Assembly (NCBI RefSeq): GCF_006345805.1
Contig: NC_043009.1
Coordinates: 4,340,001 to 4,404,000, forward strand
Direction of reading: 5' to 3'
DNA length: 64,000 bases
DNA from: Octopus sinensis
Lineage: Eukaryota
Part shown: one piece after another, positions 13,720 to 26,310 of the stretch
Position numbering within the stretch: the stretch's first letter is position 1
Layout of the letters: the number at the start of each line of letters is the position of its first letter
The notes under the pieces: model-generated
What the model saw: only the letters and a program-made list of their open reading frames with translations
Databases searched by the model: none
What the model was told of the DNA's origin: nothing
Translations under genes and position numbers: made by a program

Positions 13720-14164
13720 TAGTAGTAGTAGAAGTAGGGTGATCATTATTAATATTTACCAGTGGGAAAAAAATAATGTGATGTGTTGTGACAAGTTGTC
13801 ATAAGGTCGGCTTGTATAAAAAAAAAATTGTTGTACACGCCACTCTCTAATTTCTGCGTATACACATATGCATACATATATATATATACACATAACGGAT
13901 GTACAATAACGACAGACAAATGAGCAGGATTAGACATACACACGCACATGTCTACACCACAAATATGCACGCAAAGAACTACATACAACACACACGCGCG
14001 TACTTGAATACGGATCTCCAGCAAAAATCACACTACATACATACAAATACTCGTACACGGACGTACAAAGACGATACACAAATATATGGGAGTACATATG
14101 CAGTTGCACGTAACACACATACATACCAGTACAGATAATGTACAACACGCACACACACTCCTTT

Positions 14165-14480
14165 CTTTACTCTGACAGTTAGAGAGTGACGAAAGTCCTT
14201 ACAAGTATCAAGAATGGCGATTTTATAGTAACTGAACATCTTGCAGTTTGATGTCATTTTGAGCGTCTTTACGGATCCGCCTCCTGTTACGAATATGTTT
14301 TGAATGATCTCACCAATACTCAGTTCCTCACAGATGAGCAGGACAATACTGTTCAATTACATTGGTTCAACATAAGGTAGTCAATAAAGAGACGCCAATG
14401 TTTGGATCAAAGGTGCGTCAATGAGATGAAGAGCTTGTTTTTCTGAACATAGAGAAAGACGTCTGATACTATTACTATTA
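14165..14480 (+). mobile_element. Possible decayed RTE-like LINE C-terminal remnant
   Basis: Hand translation gives scattered TLTVRE*RK, LYGS.PPVTN, LHW, RRQCLDQ, recalling the RTE ORF end (WTLT..LYG.LP.VS..LW..GRP..Y.DQ). Frameshifted. Confidence 0.3.
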
Positions 14481-14620
14481 GTTTCCCCAATATTATCTTT
14501 CCTGGACAAACCAGTAAGGATTTGAATTTAGCATTTCCTCTCTCAAAGAAGGATTTTCCTGCGTACCAAAACGTAAACTTGGTTTTCTACTCCCTGAGCA
14601 AAATCATATATACAAATATA

Positions 14621-15441
14621 CAGGGTGCAATGAATAAAATGTCATCTAAATTACGCATAAACAAAAATAACACTGACGTCTCTTTTTAACTGATATATTT
14701 ACCAAAATTACATAAAAATATCTTGAAATACTTTAGAGTAAATTTCAATAAAGTCACCATTGGCTTCAACCACGGCCTCCAGACGACTTCGGAATTTCCT
14801 GCAACTCTTCTAGACTGTTTCCTTGCTTAAGTTGGTGGGTGAATGCTTCCATAATCCTTGTCTTCAGTTCATCTTTGGTGTTACAAGGAGTTTTGTTGGT
14901 CTCTCGCTTAATTGCACCTCACACATAGTAATCAAAGTAGTTGCAGTCTGGGAAGTTAGGGGTGATGTGGTTGCAGAAATTCTGCTTGTGTGGTGTGGTG
15001 GAGTCTTGTTGCCAGACATAAGGTCTTCCAGCAGCCAAACTCTTGACCTACTACCTCCTCCAGGCACTTGATGTAGGCCTCCGTGTTGAGTCTGAGGCCA
15101 TGTGGGAAGATGAATGGAGGCATAATGTTGCCATCACTAGGGATCACTCCAAACACCATGATGTTGACTCGATGTTTGATTTTTATCACTCTCGGTATAT
15201 GTCCTCAGATTACACCGAAACACTCTAAAATGTTGGTATTGGATCTTCCGGTGCGAATGCCAGGCAACACAGCATGTGGTTTCCAAATTTCTGGCACAGT
15301 GAGTTGCGTCATGGTGCTGTTTTTCTCACAAACGGCGCCTAACTAACCCCCGCCCCTATACTGTGCAGACGACAAAATCAAAATCAAACAATTCGTGAAA
15401 TTAAAAATATATAATGGCGACAGTTTACACATCACACCCTG
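14621..15441 (-). mobile_element. Internally deleted Tc1/mariner DDD transposon (maT/DD37D-like) with transposase remnant
   Basis: TIRs CAGGGTGCAATGAATAAAATGTC and GACAGTTTACACATCACACCCTG, TA on both sides. Minus-strand peptides KHRVNIMVFGVIPSDGNIMPPFIFPHGLRLNTEAYIKCLEEV, GRPYVWQQDS and PDCNYFDYYV*GAIKRETNK. Confidence 0.9.
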
Positions 15442-16267
15442 TATAAGTATATTAAAGTAGTCTTGTAACGCATTTCCCTTTCAAAGGTAGTTTACCAACC
15501 AAAGCTAAAGTGCAACTATCTGGCCATAAGATATGTGACGCGCCTGACATGAACAGCAGAACTTGGAAATGCGGAAAATGTAGGGAACTTCATAATTTCT
15601 GCATTGCAGATGATCGCTATATCTAGGACTATAAAAATTTGCAAACCTTCTTAATGTTTAAAGGGAAAATGCTAGCGCAAAGCTTGACTGAAAGGACAAG
15701 ACCTGTTTGATTTTTATTTTGATGTAGCCTTTTATTTCCTTTAAAATCTTGCAACCAAGTGTTTAACCGCTCATAGAAAACTAAAATGTCAGTCAAGAAG
15801 AGAAAATATACGTAGATATATGCATCGCTACAATACATTTTTTTCTCTTCACGTAAAGCAGACGGTCAAAATATAACGATATAACATTGGTTAGGTTGTA
15901 CCATTCACTGGTAATATTATACAAACGAGATAGGAGAAGGAAAAAAGCAATACAAAGAACAACAAACACACAAACAAACATGGAAGATGGCGTGAACATT
16001 AGGAGGCAATGTGTGTGACATATTTGGGTTAATTACATCACTGGGAATGACAAATCTTATTAACTGGAAATAACAACAATAAATGATAAGAAGAAAACAA
16101 ATGAACGCATAACTGAATCAAACACACACACACACACACACACAAATATTAGTTAGTACACATTTGTATACATATGGTTGTGCTCCAGAATGACCGCAAC
16201 CGAATGGCTGAAACGAGTAAGAGAAGAGAAGAATATGAATATTCCTTTGAGTAAGACCAAGGGTAAT

Positions 16268-16306
16268 TTATATGTATATATATATATATATATAATATAT
16301 ATAGTG

Positions 16307-16367
<61 letters not shown>

Positions 16368-16494
16368 GTCTATATATATATTTATTATATATATATATAT
16401 GTATATGTATATATATGATATATATATATATATGTATATATATCTATATATATGTATATATATATATGTATATGTATAATATATATAATAATAT

Positions 16495-16546
<52 letters not shown>

Positions 16547-16584
16547 GTATATGTATATATATATATATATGTATATGTATATAT

Positions 16585-16642
<58 letters not shown>

Positions 16643-16777
16643 GTATATGTTATATATATATATATATGTATATGTATATATATTATTGTATATATATATA
16701 TATATGTATATGTGTAATATATATAATGTATATGTATAATATATATATATATATAATATATATATGTATATATATAT

Positions 16778-16809
<32 letters not shown>

Positions 16810-17138
16810 GTATATGTATATCTATATATATGTAGAATATTTATATATATATATATGTCATATTGTATATATATATATATCTATATATATGTATATGTAT
16901 ATGTATATATATATTATGTATATATATATGTATATTGATATATATATATATGTATATGTATATATATGTATATGTATATATATATGTATATGATATATAT
17001 CTATATGTATAGTGTCTATATATATATATCTGCATATAATGTATATATTATGCATATGTTATATGTATATATATATATATATATGCATATATATATGTAT
17101 ATATATATGCATATATATCTATATATATATATATATAT
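16268..17138. repeat. ~870-bp compound (TA)n/(TATATG)n array
   Basis: Directly visible; almost purely A/T with periodic G. Confidence 0.95.
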
Positions 17139-17556
17139 GGCCAGGAGTGGCGTGTGGTAAGTAGCTTGCTAACCAACCACATGGTTCCGGGTTCAGTCCC
17201 ACTGCGTGGCACCTTGGGCAAGTGTCTTCTGCTATCGCCCCGGCCGACCAATGCCTTGTGATGGATTTGGTAGGCGGAACTGAAAGAAGCCTGTCGTATA
17301 TATGTATATATATATATGTGTGTGTGTGTGTTTGTGTGTCTGTGTTTGTCCCCCTAGCATTGCTTGACAACCGATGCTGGTGTGTTTACGTCCCCGTCAC
17401 TTAGCGGTTCGGCAAAAAGAGACCGATAGAATAAGTACTGGGCTTACAAAGAATAAGTCCCGGGGTCGATTTGCTCGACTAAAGGCGGTGCTCCAGCATG
17501 GCCGCAGTCAAATGACTGAAACAAGTAAAAGAGTAAAGAGTAAAAGAGAAAGAGAG
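17139..17556 (+). mobile_element. SINE family A, full length
   Basis: Complete head, GTGGCACCTTGGGCAAGTG (resembles the start of the CORE domain), internal microsatellite, (GAGTAAAA)n-type tail. Confidence 0.95.
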
Positions 17557-17592
17557 TATGCATATATATATATATAATATATATAATATATA

Positions 17593-17670
<78 letters not shown>

Positions 17671-18078
17671 TATACATATATATATATATACACATACACA
17701 TATATATATACATATATATATATACACATACACAATATATACATACATACATTATATATATATATATATATATATATATACTATATAAACGCACGCACAC
17801 ACGCAGATACATGTGTGGGTGTGTGGGTATGTGTGTCTCTGTGTGTGCGTATGCGTGTGTATGTCTGTGTTTGCATCAATGGTATGCTCACAGAACATAT
17901 GTGATATTTCTGTCTGTTATATTAATGACAGCTCGTGACAATCACCACCGCTGCTTCGTCACTAAAAATGTAAGTAACAGAACGTATGATATGGAAAGAC
18001 AGAAAAGGGGGGAGGGGTGCGGGAAAATACAGATAGATGAGAAGAACGTCAGGGTACAATCAAGTTAGATAGATAGAT

Positions 18079-18111
<33 letters not shown>

Positions 18112-18632
18112 TAGCGAGAGAGAGAGAGAGGGAGAGAAAGAGAGATGCTGTGGGCAGTGAGGATTATTTTTAGTGTAAACGGAAACTTATGGGAAAACAT
18201 GAACATATTTTGTGAGATAAATTTTCGCTGTCAGGATTCAAAGCAAGGGACGGAGCAGCTGAGTTTCTGTACTTTAACATAACAGTACATAATAACTGAA
18301 GAAGAGCTTGGTGTTTTATACGCATCCCATCTTTTGTGCTGTGTACTGTGGCGTGGTGACTCACGTCACAGCAATAATCAACCCCATGCCATTATTTCAA
18401 ATTATCTAAACACTAAATAATTTCCCCAAAATACACCTATACATTTATGAGAATAAACACAAAACCAAAAGTTGATAATTTGAATGGATTTAATACGCGT
18501 GTTTCTAGTAATTATGTAAAATAAACCTATATAATACCAGGTGCTTCAGTGAATATTTCGACTCACACACACACACATATATGAAAGGGAGGAACAGGAT
18601 CGCTCCTGTTACTGGATTGGTATTTCCTAAAG

Positions 18633-18949
18633 ATATGCTGAGGCACCACTTTAAAGAATTTTTGGCTGAATGATTTTTCCTATTCTTTTAAGTATCTTTT
18701 TATACTTATACCTGGTACTCATTCTGTCGGTGTCTTTGCCGAACCACTAAGTTACGGGGACGTCAACGGACCAACACCGATTGTCAAGCGGTGGTAGAAC
18801 ACACACAGACACGCACGCACGCACACACGGCTTTGTTCGACCCAAGGCTATACTAAGAAGACACTTGCCCAAGGTGCCACATAGTGGGACTGAACCCGGA
18901 ACCATGTGGTTGTGAAGCAAGCTTCTGGCCGTGCAGCCACTGCTGCGCC
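18633..18949 (-). mobile_element. SINE family A, older copy abutting a younger one
   Basis: GAAGACACTTGCCCAAGGTGCCAC...GGGACTGAACCCGGAACCATGTGGTT. Confidence 0.8.
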
Positions 18950-18954
18950 TCTCA

Positions 18955-19377
18955 CTCTTACTCTCTCTTTTTACTCTTTTACTTGTTTCAGTCATTTGAC
19001 TGTGGCCATGCTGGAGCACCGCCTTTAGTCGAGCAAATCGACCCCAGGACTTATTCTTTATAAGCCTAGTACTTATTCTATCGGTCTTTTTTGCCGGACC
19101 GCTAAGTGACGGGGACGTAAACACACCAGCATTGGTTGTTAAGTGATGTTGGAGTGGGAGAAAACACAGACACACAAACATATACACACATATATGTATA
19201 TATATACATATATACGACAGGCATGTTTCAGTTCCCGTCTACCAAATCCCCTTACAAGGCTTTGCTCGGCCCGAGGTTATAGTAGAAGACACTTGCCGAA
19301 GGTGACACGCACTGAGAATGAACAGGGAACCATATGGCTGGTAAGCAAACCACTTACCACACAGCCACTCTTACGCT
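18955..19377 (-). mobile_element. SINE family A, full length
   Basis: Reverse complement of the 17139-17556 copy over its whole length. Confidence 0.95.
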
Positions 19378-20298
19378 TAGGATTTCAGAAAAAAATATAT
19401 CAATGTATAAAAGGAGAAACATTCTGTAGTTTTGGATATATCGACAGCAAAGACCGAATCGTTACGTTTTGGATACTTTGAGTATTATGCTGTTCAAAGA
19501 AATTTGACCAGGGGCAAAACCGGCAATAACAACAAGAGCTAGGTTTCAAGTAAATGGACAATACCATTCACTCATCAAATTCTTTAGCCTTATACTTATA
19601 TTAGACATCATTATTTTAACAGTCAGAGTTGAAACACATCACACAATAACTTCTGCTTGTGATAATAATTTGTTTTATTTGGGGTTTTTTAAATTTTGTT
19701 TTCCCCCGTTTCCTTTCTTTGTGTTCGTTGTATGTTTTTGGTGTTTTATTAACAAAGTGCCGATAGTCTTCGGCGTCACTGTTTATCAAATTTAACCATT
19801 TACACTCAATATTGGACATTCTTACGTTATGAAAAGGTCAGAGTTTATATCGACCAATATATTAAGGCGAAACAACATTAAGTAATTGGTAATGAACATT
19901 TTAAAACTTCCATTTTAGACTCTTGTCTTTTAAAAGATTCACGCAAACACACACAACACACATATACTACACACATACGCATGCATATATTTTATTATAT
20001 TACGCAATACACTTACATGTGATAAGCACACAACCATACAAGCTTTTATACAATATTATTTTCCTTACATACTTGCATAGTCTGTATGTCCGTGTATGCA
20101 TGCATGTTTGTATTATATATTTCTAGTACATTATCCAATTATCATTGAGTAATTTGTTACGTCATCCTCTTTGTTTTTTCTATCTGTATTAATGTAGGAG
20201 TATATACAAATACACACACCATAAATATGTACATATACACTGACTTATATACTCGTACATGTTGGCATGTACACTTGTATATGTGTGGAAGGGGAGTG

Positions 20299-20329
<31 letters not shown>

Positions 20330-21189
20330 TTTGTATCCAAAAAGAAAAGGAAAGAGAAAGAGAAGAGGATAGATGAAAAATTGCTTACACATTGAGAAAA
20401 GATATGAAGCTAGACAAATAACATTTAAGTAAAATAGCTTAATATTAGGCAATAATTGAACAGGCATGTGTGTTTGTCTGTGTGTGTGTGTATGTATGTG
20501 TGTGTGCTTATATATCAATATAAGCAAATGTCCGCGAATACATGCGATACATAAAGATGCGTATACATATACATATATACATACACACTATATATATATA
20601 TATATATATATGCGCGCGTGCGTAGCCTGGGCGGGTCTGTATATATGTATAGGTATGTGTGTATGTGTGTGTGTGTGTGTGTGTGTAATCTCTACATCAT
20701 ATCTATCATGTGTAAAGCTGGAGGTGATACAAGACAAGTCTTTGTAAGCCATTTTAAGTTGAAAGGTGAAAGGTCATTACAACGCTGATAAATGTTGCCG
20801 AGCGAAAAGATCAAGGGTTCGCGCTAAAAAATAAGTAAATAAATAGATAAATAAAAAATTTCACAAAAAAAATCTGTGGTGAAAGAGGAAGAGAGTAAAA
20901 AGAACATAATTGTAAAACGTAATAAACCAAAAATCATACAAATAATCATAAAATAAAACTAAAAAAAAGACTGAGAGTATACAAAAGAAGGAAAGAAAGA
21001 AAGAAAGAAAGGACAATGAGAAATGTTAAATTGGTCTTCTCTTATTGCTCCAAAAATAACGCGTACTATGATGAACAAACATGTCACCGGTACGTGTTTG
21101 TGTGCTCGTAGTCTATGTACGAATGTATGCCTGTATGTATGCGTGTTTGTGCGTGTGTAGTTCTGTGGTGTGTGTGTGTGTGTGTGATA

Positions 21190-21530
21190 TTTTATCTTGT
21201 TTCAGCCATGGACTACGGCCATGTTGCGGGGCACCTCTTTCAAGGTTTGAAGGCGAACACATCCAGCCCAGGAAGTTATTTTTTTTTAACCTGTTACTTA
21301 CTTGGTCGATCGTTCTCTTCTGCCCCCGAAACGTTGTTAAGTTGCAGCGACGAAAACAAAACTGAAACCGGGCGTCAAATTATGGTTGAACGCACTCACA
21401 CACGACAGGCTTCGTTTCGGTTTCCTTCAACCAGATCTTCTCACAAGGCTTTCATGAGGCCGAGTCTAGAGTCGAAGACACATGTCCAATGTGTACCGCG
21501 CAATGGAACTGAACCCGAAGCCATGCTTGC
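21190..21530 (-). mobile_element. SINE family A, diverged
   Basis: TCTTGTTTCAGCCAT...GGCCATGTTGCGGGGCACC...GGAACTGAACCCG. Confidence 0.7.
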
Positions 21531-21540
21531 ACACAACACA

Positions 21541-21574
<34 letters not shown>

Positions 21575-21590
21575 ACACACACACACACAC

Positions 21591-21628
<38 letters not shown>

Positions 21629-21661
21629 GTATCACCGGGATCAACTAGGCTATCACATCGC

Positions 21662-21854
21662 TAACAGAAGAAAGAGTAAGAGAAAGTTGTGGCGGAAGAG
21701 TACAGCAGGGATCGCCACCAACCCCTGCCGGAGCCGCGTGGAACTTTTTAGGTGTTTTCGCTCAATAAACACTCACAACGCCTGGTCTGGGAATCGAAAC
21801 CGCGATCCTACAACCGCGAGTCCGCTGCCCTAACCACTGGGCCATTGCGCCTCC

Positions 21855-21855
<1 letters not shown>
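21662..21855 (-). mobile_element. SINE family C 5' part with intact tRNA-like head (C1)
   Basis: Minus strand reads TGGAGGCGCAATGGCCCAGTGGTTAGGGCAGCGGACTCGCGG...GGTTTCGATTCCCAGACC, with an A box and a B box. Confidence 0.85.
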
Positions 21856-21887
<32 letters not shown>

Positions 21888-21939
21888 TGTATGTATGTAT
21901 ATAAAATTCAACAGAGCTGTTATAATCGAATAATCCTTT

Positions 21940-22050
21940 CTACTATAGGCATAAAGCCTGGAATTTGGAGAGAGGATGATAGTCGATTACATCGACCCCA
22001 GTACTCAGCTGGTACTTATTTCATCTACGCCGAAAGGGTGAAAGACAAAA
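21940..22050 (-). mobile_element. SINE family B 3' fragment
   Basis: GTCGATTACATCGACCCCAGTACTCAGCTGGTACTTATTT. Confidence 0.7.
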
Positions 22051-22279
22051 GGAAGCCACAGCATGGACGTAGTCCATCGACTGAGACCACTAAAAGGACA
22101 ATACATGTAGACTTGCTTATACAAATGGGCAAGGAAAGCGAAACATGTGAGAAGCTGTGTATAAACATAAATACCAATGGCTCAGTGTTCTAGAGTTTTG
22201 CAGAGAACCAACGGAGAAACACGTTGAATTTAGTAAACTCGCACGGACATCGAAGTCCTTGTTTCACTAACTAGTAAAT

Positions 22280-22592
22280 GGCACTCCGTCAGTTACGACG
22301 ACGAGGGTTCCAGTTGATCCGATCAATGGAATAGCCTGTTCGGGAAATTAAGGTGCAAGTGGCTGAGCACTCCACTGACACGTGTACCCTTAAGGAGATT
22401 CAGTGTGATACAGAGCGCGACAAGACCGGCCCTTTGAAATACAGGTGCTTCTCGTTTTTGCCAGATGAGTGAACTGGAGCAACGTGGAATAAAAAGTCTT
22501 GCTCAAGGACACAGCGCATCGCCAGGAATTGAACTCATGACCTTATGATCGTGGTCCGATCATGCCCTAACCACTAGGTCACGTGATTTCAC
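22280..22592 (-). mobile_element. SINE family C, full length with alternative head (C2)
   Basis: Same body as the 5052 copy. Head GTGAAATCACGTGACCTAGTGGTTAGGGC...GAGTTCAATTCC followed by GTGTCCTTGAGCAAGAC. Confidence 0.85.
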
Positions 22593-22647
22593 TTTCTCTA
22601 AGTATACTGCAGATATTCTACTATGTATGTACGTATGCGTTTATATA

Positions 22648-22728
22648 GGCGCAGACATGGCTGTATGGTTAAGAAGTTCGCTTTGCAATCACCTCCTTTC
22701 AGGTTCGATCCCACTTTGCGGAACACCA
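22648..22728 (+). mobile_element. SINE family A head only
   Basis: GGCGCAGACATGGCTGTATGGTTAAGAAG...GGTTCGATCCCAC. Confidence 0.7.
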
Positions 22729-23289
22729 TTGTTTATGTATGTATGTATATGTGTATGTGTGTGTGTGTGTACGCACACAGGCACATACGAGGAAGTTTTC
22801 TTTTTTACGTGGAACTTGTACAATTAAACAGACTCTCAACCAACACGTAAGAACATTTCCACGAGTCTATCTCTGTTGCTGACATCCAACATTCACCCTT
22901 CTCTAGTTTTTTTTCCCCATTCATTCCCTTTGTCCCCCCCTCCATCTCTCTTCTTTTTTGTATCTTTCTATGAGTTTCCTCTATCTAAATTATTGCTCCT
23001 GTCTTTGTATTTCGTGTTCCGTGTCAATAAAAAAATATACAAGTTCATAGCAAGCCACCCAAGTCCGGTTATATTGTAACGTACACTCTTCGTTATCTTG
23101 GCTGCTGTTGCCGTCAATGTTCTTATCATATTTAAAGTAGTAATAGTAGTAGTAGTAGAAGTAGTAGTAGTAGTAGTAATAGTAGTTTTTGCTAAAAGTG
23201 ATCTATAGATGTGTATATTTTTTTCGTGGTTTTTTCTCATTACAAGAAATCTGGAAATATTAGTGATAGCCACCTAACTTAGTGGTAGT

Positions 23290-23885
23290 TCTTACAGCAG
23301 AATGGCCAGGCTGTTGGGAAAATGCCTTGCGGTATTTGTCCCTCGTCTTTGCGTTCTAGATTCAAATCCTGCGGTGGCCAACATTGCTTCTCATCCTCCC
23401 GACATCAATAAAATAAAGCAATTTTAACGTACTGGAAAATTTCAGTAGCGTAGCGTGTGGGGTTGTGCATTCTGCACAGAGCTGCCACTTTTTCGTGGTT
23501 TGTATATGATAAAGACATGTGTTTGAGAATACTGGTGGCCAAGTTGGCCACAACACATGTGGGCCCAAACCCACCCCGAACCCATGCTACGCCAATGGAC
23601 GAGATGACATCGCCTTATTACTCGCCCCTAAATTTCAGGTCTGGTGCCTATTTTAGAAACCTTCGTTGAGGGCAGTGTAACATTAAAGGGCGGTGGGAAT
23701 GCAGAATAATTAGAGCGATTGGAAAATATGTCGTGCTTTTACATTGTGTTTAAATTCTTGCCGAGGTCAAATGTTACTTTTATCCTTCCAGGTTGAGGCA
23801 ATAAAATCAGTCATGTACTGAGGTCGATTGTGTAAACTATCCACTTCCCCAAAATTTTCAGGACTTGTTTCTATGTTAGAAACAA
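23290..23885 (+). mobile_element. Two old SINE family B copies (about 23290-23440 and 23688-23885)
   Basis: GCGGTATTTGTC..GTTCTAGATTCAAATCC and GCCGAGGTCAAATGTTACTTTTATCCTTCC motifs. Confidence 0.6.
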
Positions 23886-23929
23886 TTTATGGCTGTCGAT
23901 AGGCAGAATCTTTAGAGTGTTATTCAAAT

Positions 23930-24056
23930 TCTTGTTTCAGTCATGTGACTGTGGCTATGTTGGAGCATCGCCCTTTAATCGAGCAAGTCATCCCCAGAAT
24001 TTATTCTTTGTAAGCCTAGTACTTATTCTATCGATATCTTTTGCAGAACCGCTAAC
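23930..24056 (-). mobile_element. SINE family A 3' fragment
   Basis: TTATTCTTTGTAAGCCTAGTACTTATTCTATCG. Confidence 0.85.
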
Positions 24057-24067
24057 ATACACCTTAA

Positions 24068-24418
24068 AGTTGACACCGCTCCGCTAAACGCAGAAATTTT
24101 CTGTCTCGCTATTGGCTAAAATTTCAGTTTTTCTATTTCTAAACCTCTGTAACTTTTGCTTCCATTTTTTTTTTTTTCTCAACAACATCATACCTTCATA
24201 GTAATGAGATTGGAAGACTACACTGTTATAGCCGATTTTCAAATTTTTTACTTCCTTTTAAAAAATGCATATTTGGACTAGATCCGTAAGTAGACTATGA
24301 TTGAGGTAGATTTGGCAGCTATTTCTAGCATATTTTATCCACTTTATTACTACTCTGCAAAAATTGTTGAATGCTAGCTGGAAGCAAGCATTAACAGGAA
24401 AAAAGTTGCAGCAGCAGC

Positions 24419-24473
<55 letters not shown>

Positions 24474-24595
24474 TGAATACAATCAACTTAAGTCATCAGT
24501 CAGTGAAGAGAAGTAAAGAGTGGCACGTTATCTGTAGATCACCATAAATGAGACCTCTGTTACCATATGCTTGACAAAACCACATGGTGCCAACT
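24068..24595. mobile_element. Possible Kolobok-like non-autonomous DNA transposon
   Basis: TTAA|AGTTGACACC ... GGTGCCAACT|TTGA: 10-bp TIR with one mismatch, purine-purine start, TTAA-like flanks. Confidence 0.35.
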
Positions 24596-24831
24596 TTGAA
24601 TATTGGCCATGACGCCAATTTGGGATTGACTGGAAAAACTATTAGGAATAGACAAAATAGATACAGTGATAGACTCACGTTGCTGTATACACACAACGAA
24701 ACTATATACACACAACACGTGCTCGACCAGAATAATACAGTTACTTAGTGTGTATATGTGTGTGTATGTGTGTGTGTGTGAGTGTGTGTGTGTATGTGTG
24801 TGTGTGCACGATCTTGTGTGTATGTCTTTTA

Positions 24832-25340
24832 TCTTTTATTTGTTTCCCTCACTGGAGTGTGGTTGTGCAGAGGCACTGCCTTCAGAGTTTTTAATTGCTC
24901 AAATCGACCCCAGCATTTTTCTCCAAAGTCTGTTACTGATTCTATTAATTCCATTTAGTGGACCACTAATATACGAGGATGTAAGCAGACGAACACCGGT
25001 TGTGAAACGGTAGGGTGGGGGTCAAAGACACAGACCCTATATTAGGACAAAATCCTTGAAGAGAAAACCCAACCGGGCAATATAATTTTGATTTTTTTAA
25101 TAAAATTTCTCTTTCCTGAAATATTTTTAATTGTAAAGGAAGAACACTATCCCGAGGGATATATACTGCCAGCAGATTTTTTCCGGGGAAAATTTTTGTC
25201 CTCGTGGGAATTTTGTCCTAGTACCCAGACACACCTATGTGTACACACACACAAACAAACACAAAGAAACATACCCGACGGTATTCTTCAGAGTGGGATT
25301 GAACTTGAATGCAAGTGATTGCAAAGCGAGCTTCTTAATC
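24832..25340 (-). mobile_element. Old SINE family A copy interrupted by a MITE
   Basis: Tail-like 24832-25030 and head-like 25265-25340 (GGGATTGAAC..CATACAGCCATGTCTGCGCC). Confidence 0.65.
25038..25226. mobile_element. Small MITE-like element nested in SINE A
   Basis: Inverted ends TAGGACAAAAT and ATTTTGTCCTA, with a subterminal repeat TTTTGTCCT. Confidence 0.45.
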
Positions 25341-26163
25341 ATACAGCCATGTCTGCGCCAATGTAAATACACACACACACACACACACACACGCACATAC
25401 ACACACACACACAAGTATGTCTATACATACACGCGGGCATACACACACACGCACATCATAGCTTCGAATGGAAGGTAAACAAGCGCTTCATATACAGAAT
25501 AGCCGACCGAGAATTCTGTCGGGGTTGCGTTTGTTGAAACGTATACTTTCAACCAGATTGGTTCCGGCTGACCGAATTATACGACTCTGTTAGAAAAACC
25601 CAAATACAGTATTAAAAGTACGACAACTTTTTATCCTATCTTTTTCCATTTTCTTGTTTTTCTTTTTCAACCAATATTGATCTAGGTCATGCTTACATTT
25701 CATTTAATGAATAGGAGATAGATCTAACTCTTCCGTGTGTGGATAGGTCGGCAGTCTATCTACGTTAACCGTAACAAGCAATCAGATAATTCTATTTCAT
25801 CCAGAAAGCTTCGATAAATGAAATCATTTATAACTAAGTGTACTGTACAAAGCACAAGAAGAAATATTTGTTGTAAGCTTCAACTCCTGAACTTTTAGCT
25901 CGTGATTAAACGATTTATCCTGGAATATTTCAATTTTCACAATATGTTGTATGTCATGGCTTAACACCAAAGTACGGTATGTATTAAAAGGATGAATTTG
26001 ATAATTTCTAATATATTGGGTATCAGAAATAAAAGGGGCACATTAAGATAAAGATCGCTAACATAATTCTATGGACGATAGGGAGACAATCCTAAACGTT
26101 CTTGATTCTTGGCTTACGTCAACGCTAAAGTAATCTTCGTAATTGTTTGATGGTATTGAATAA

Positions 26164-26310
26164 AGGCGGCGAACTGGCAGAAACGTTGGCGCGCCGGGCG
26201 AAATGCTTAGCGGTATTTCGTCTGCTGCTACGTTCTAAGTTCAAATTCCGCCGAGGTCGACTTTGCCTTTCATTTTTTCGGGGTAGCCCCTTGTGTGTAG
26301 AAAAGAAATA
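26164..26310 (+). mobile_element. SINE family B, young, internally deleted, with 12-bp TSD
   Basis: GGCGGCGAACTGGCAGAAACG...AAGAAATA flanked by GGTATTGAATAA at 26152-26163 and 26311-26322. Confidence 0.9.

Noticed and set aside
21780-21855. tRNA-like sequence
   Set aside because: It is the head of SINE family C, continuing into SINE body; not a canonical cloverleaf gene.
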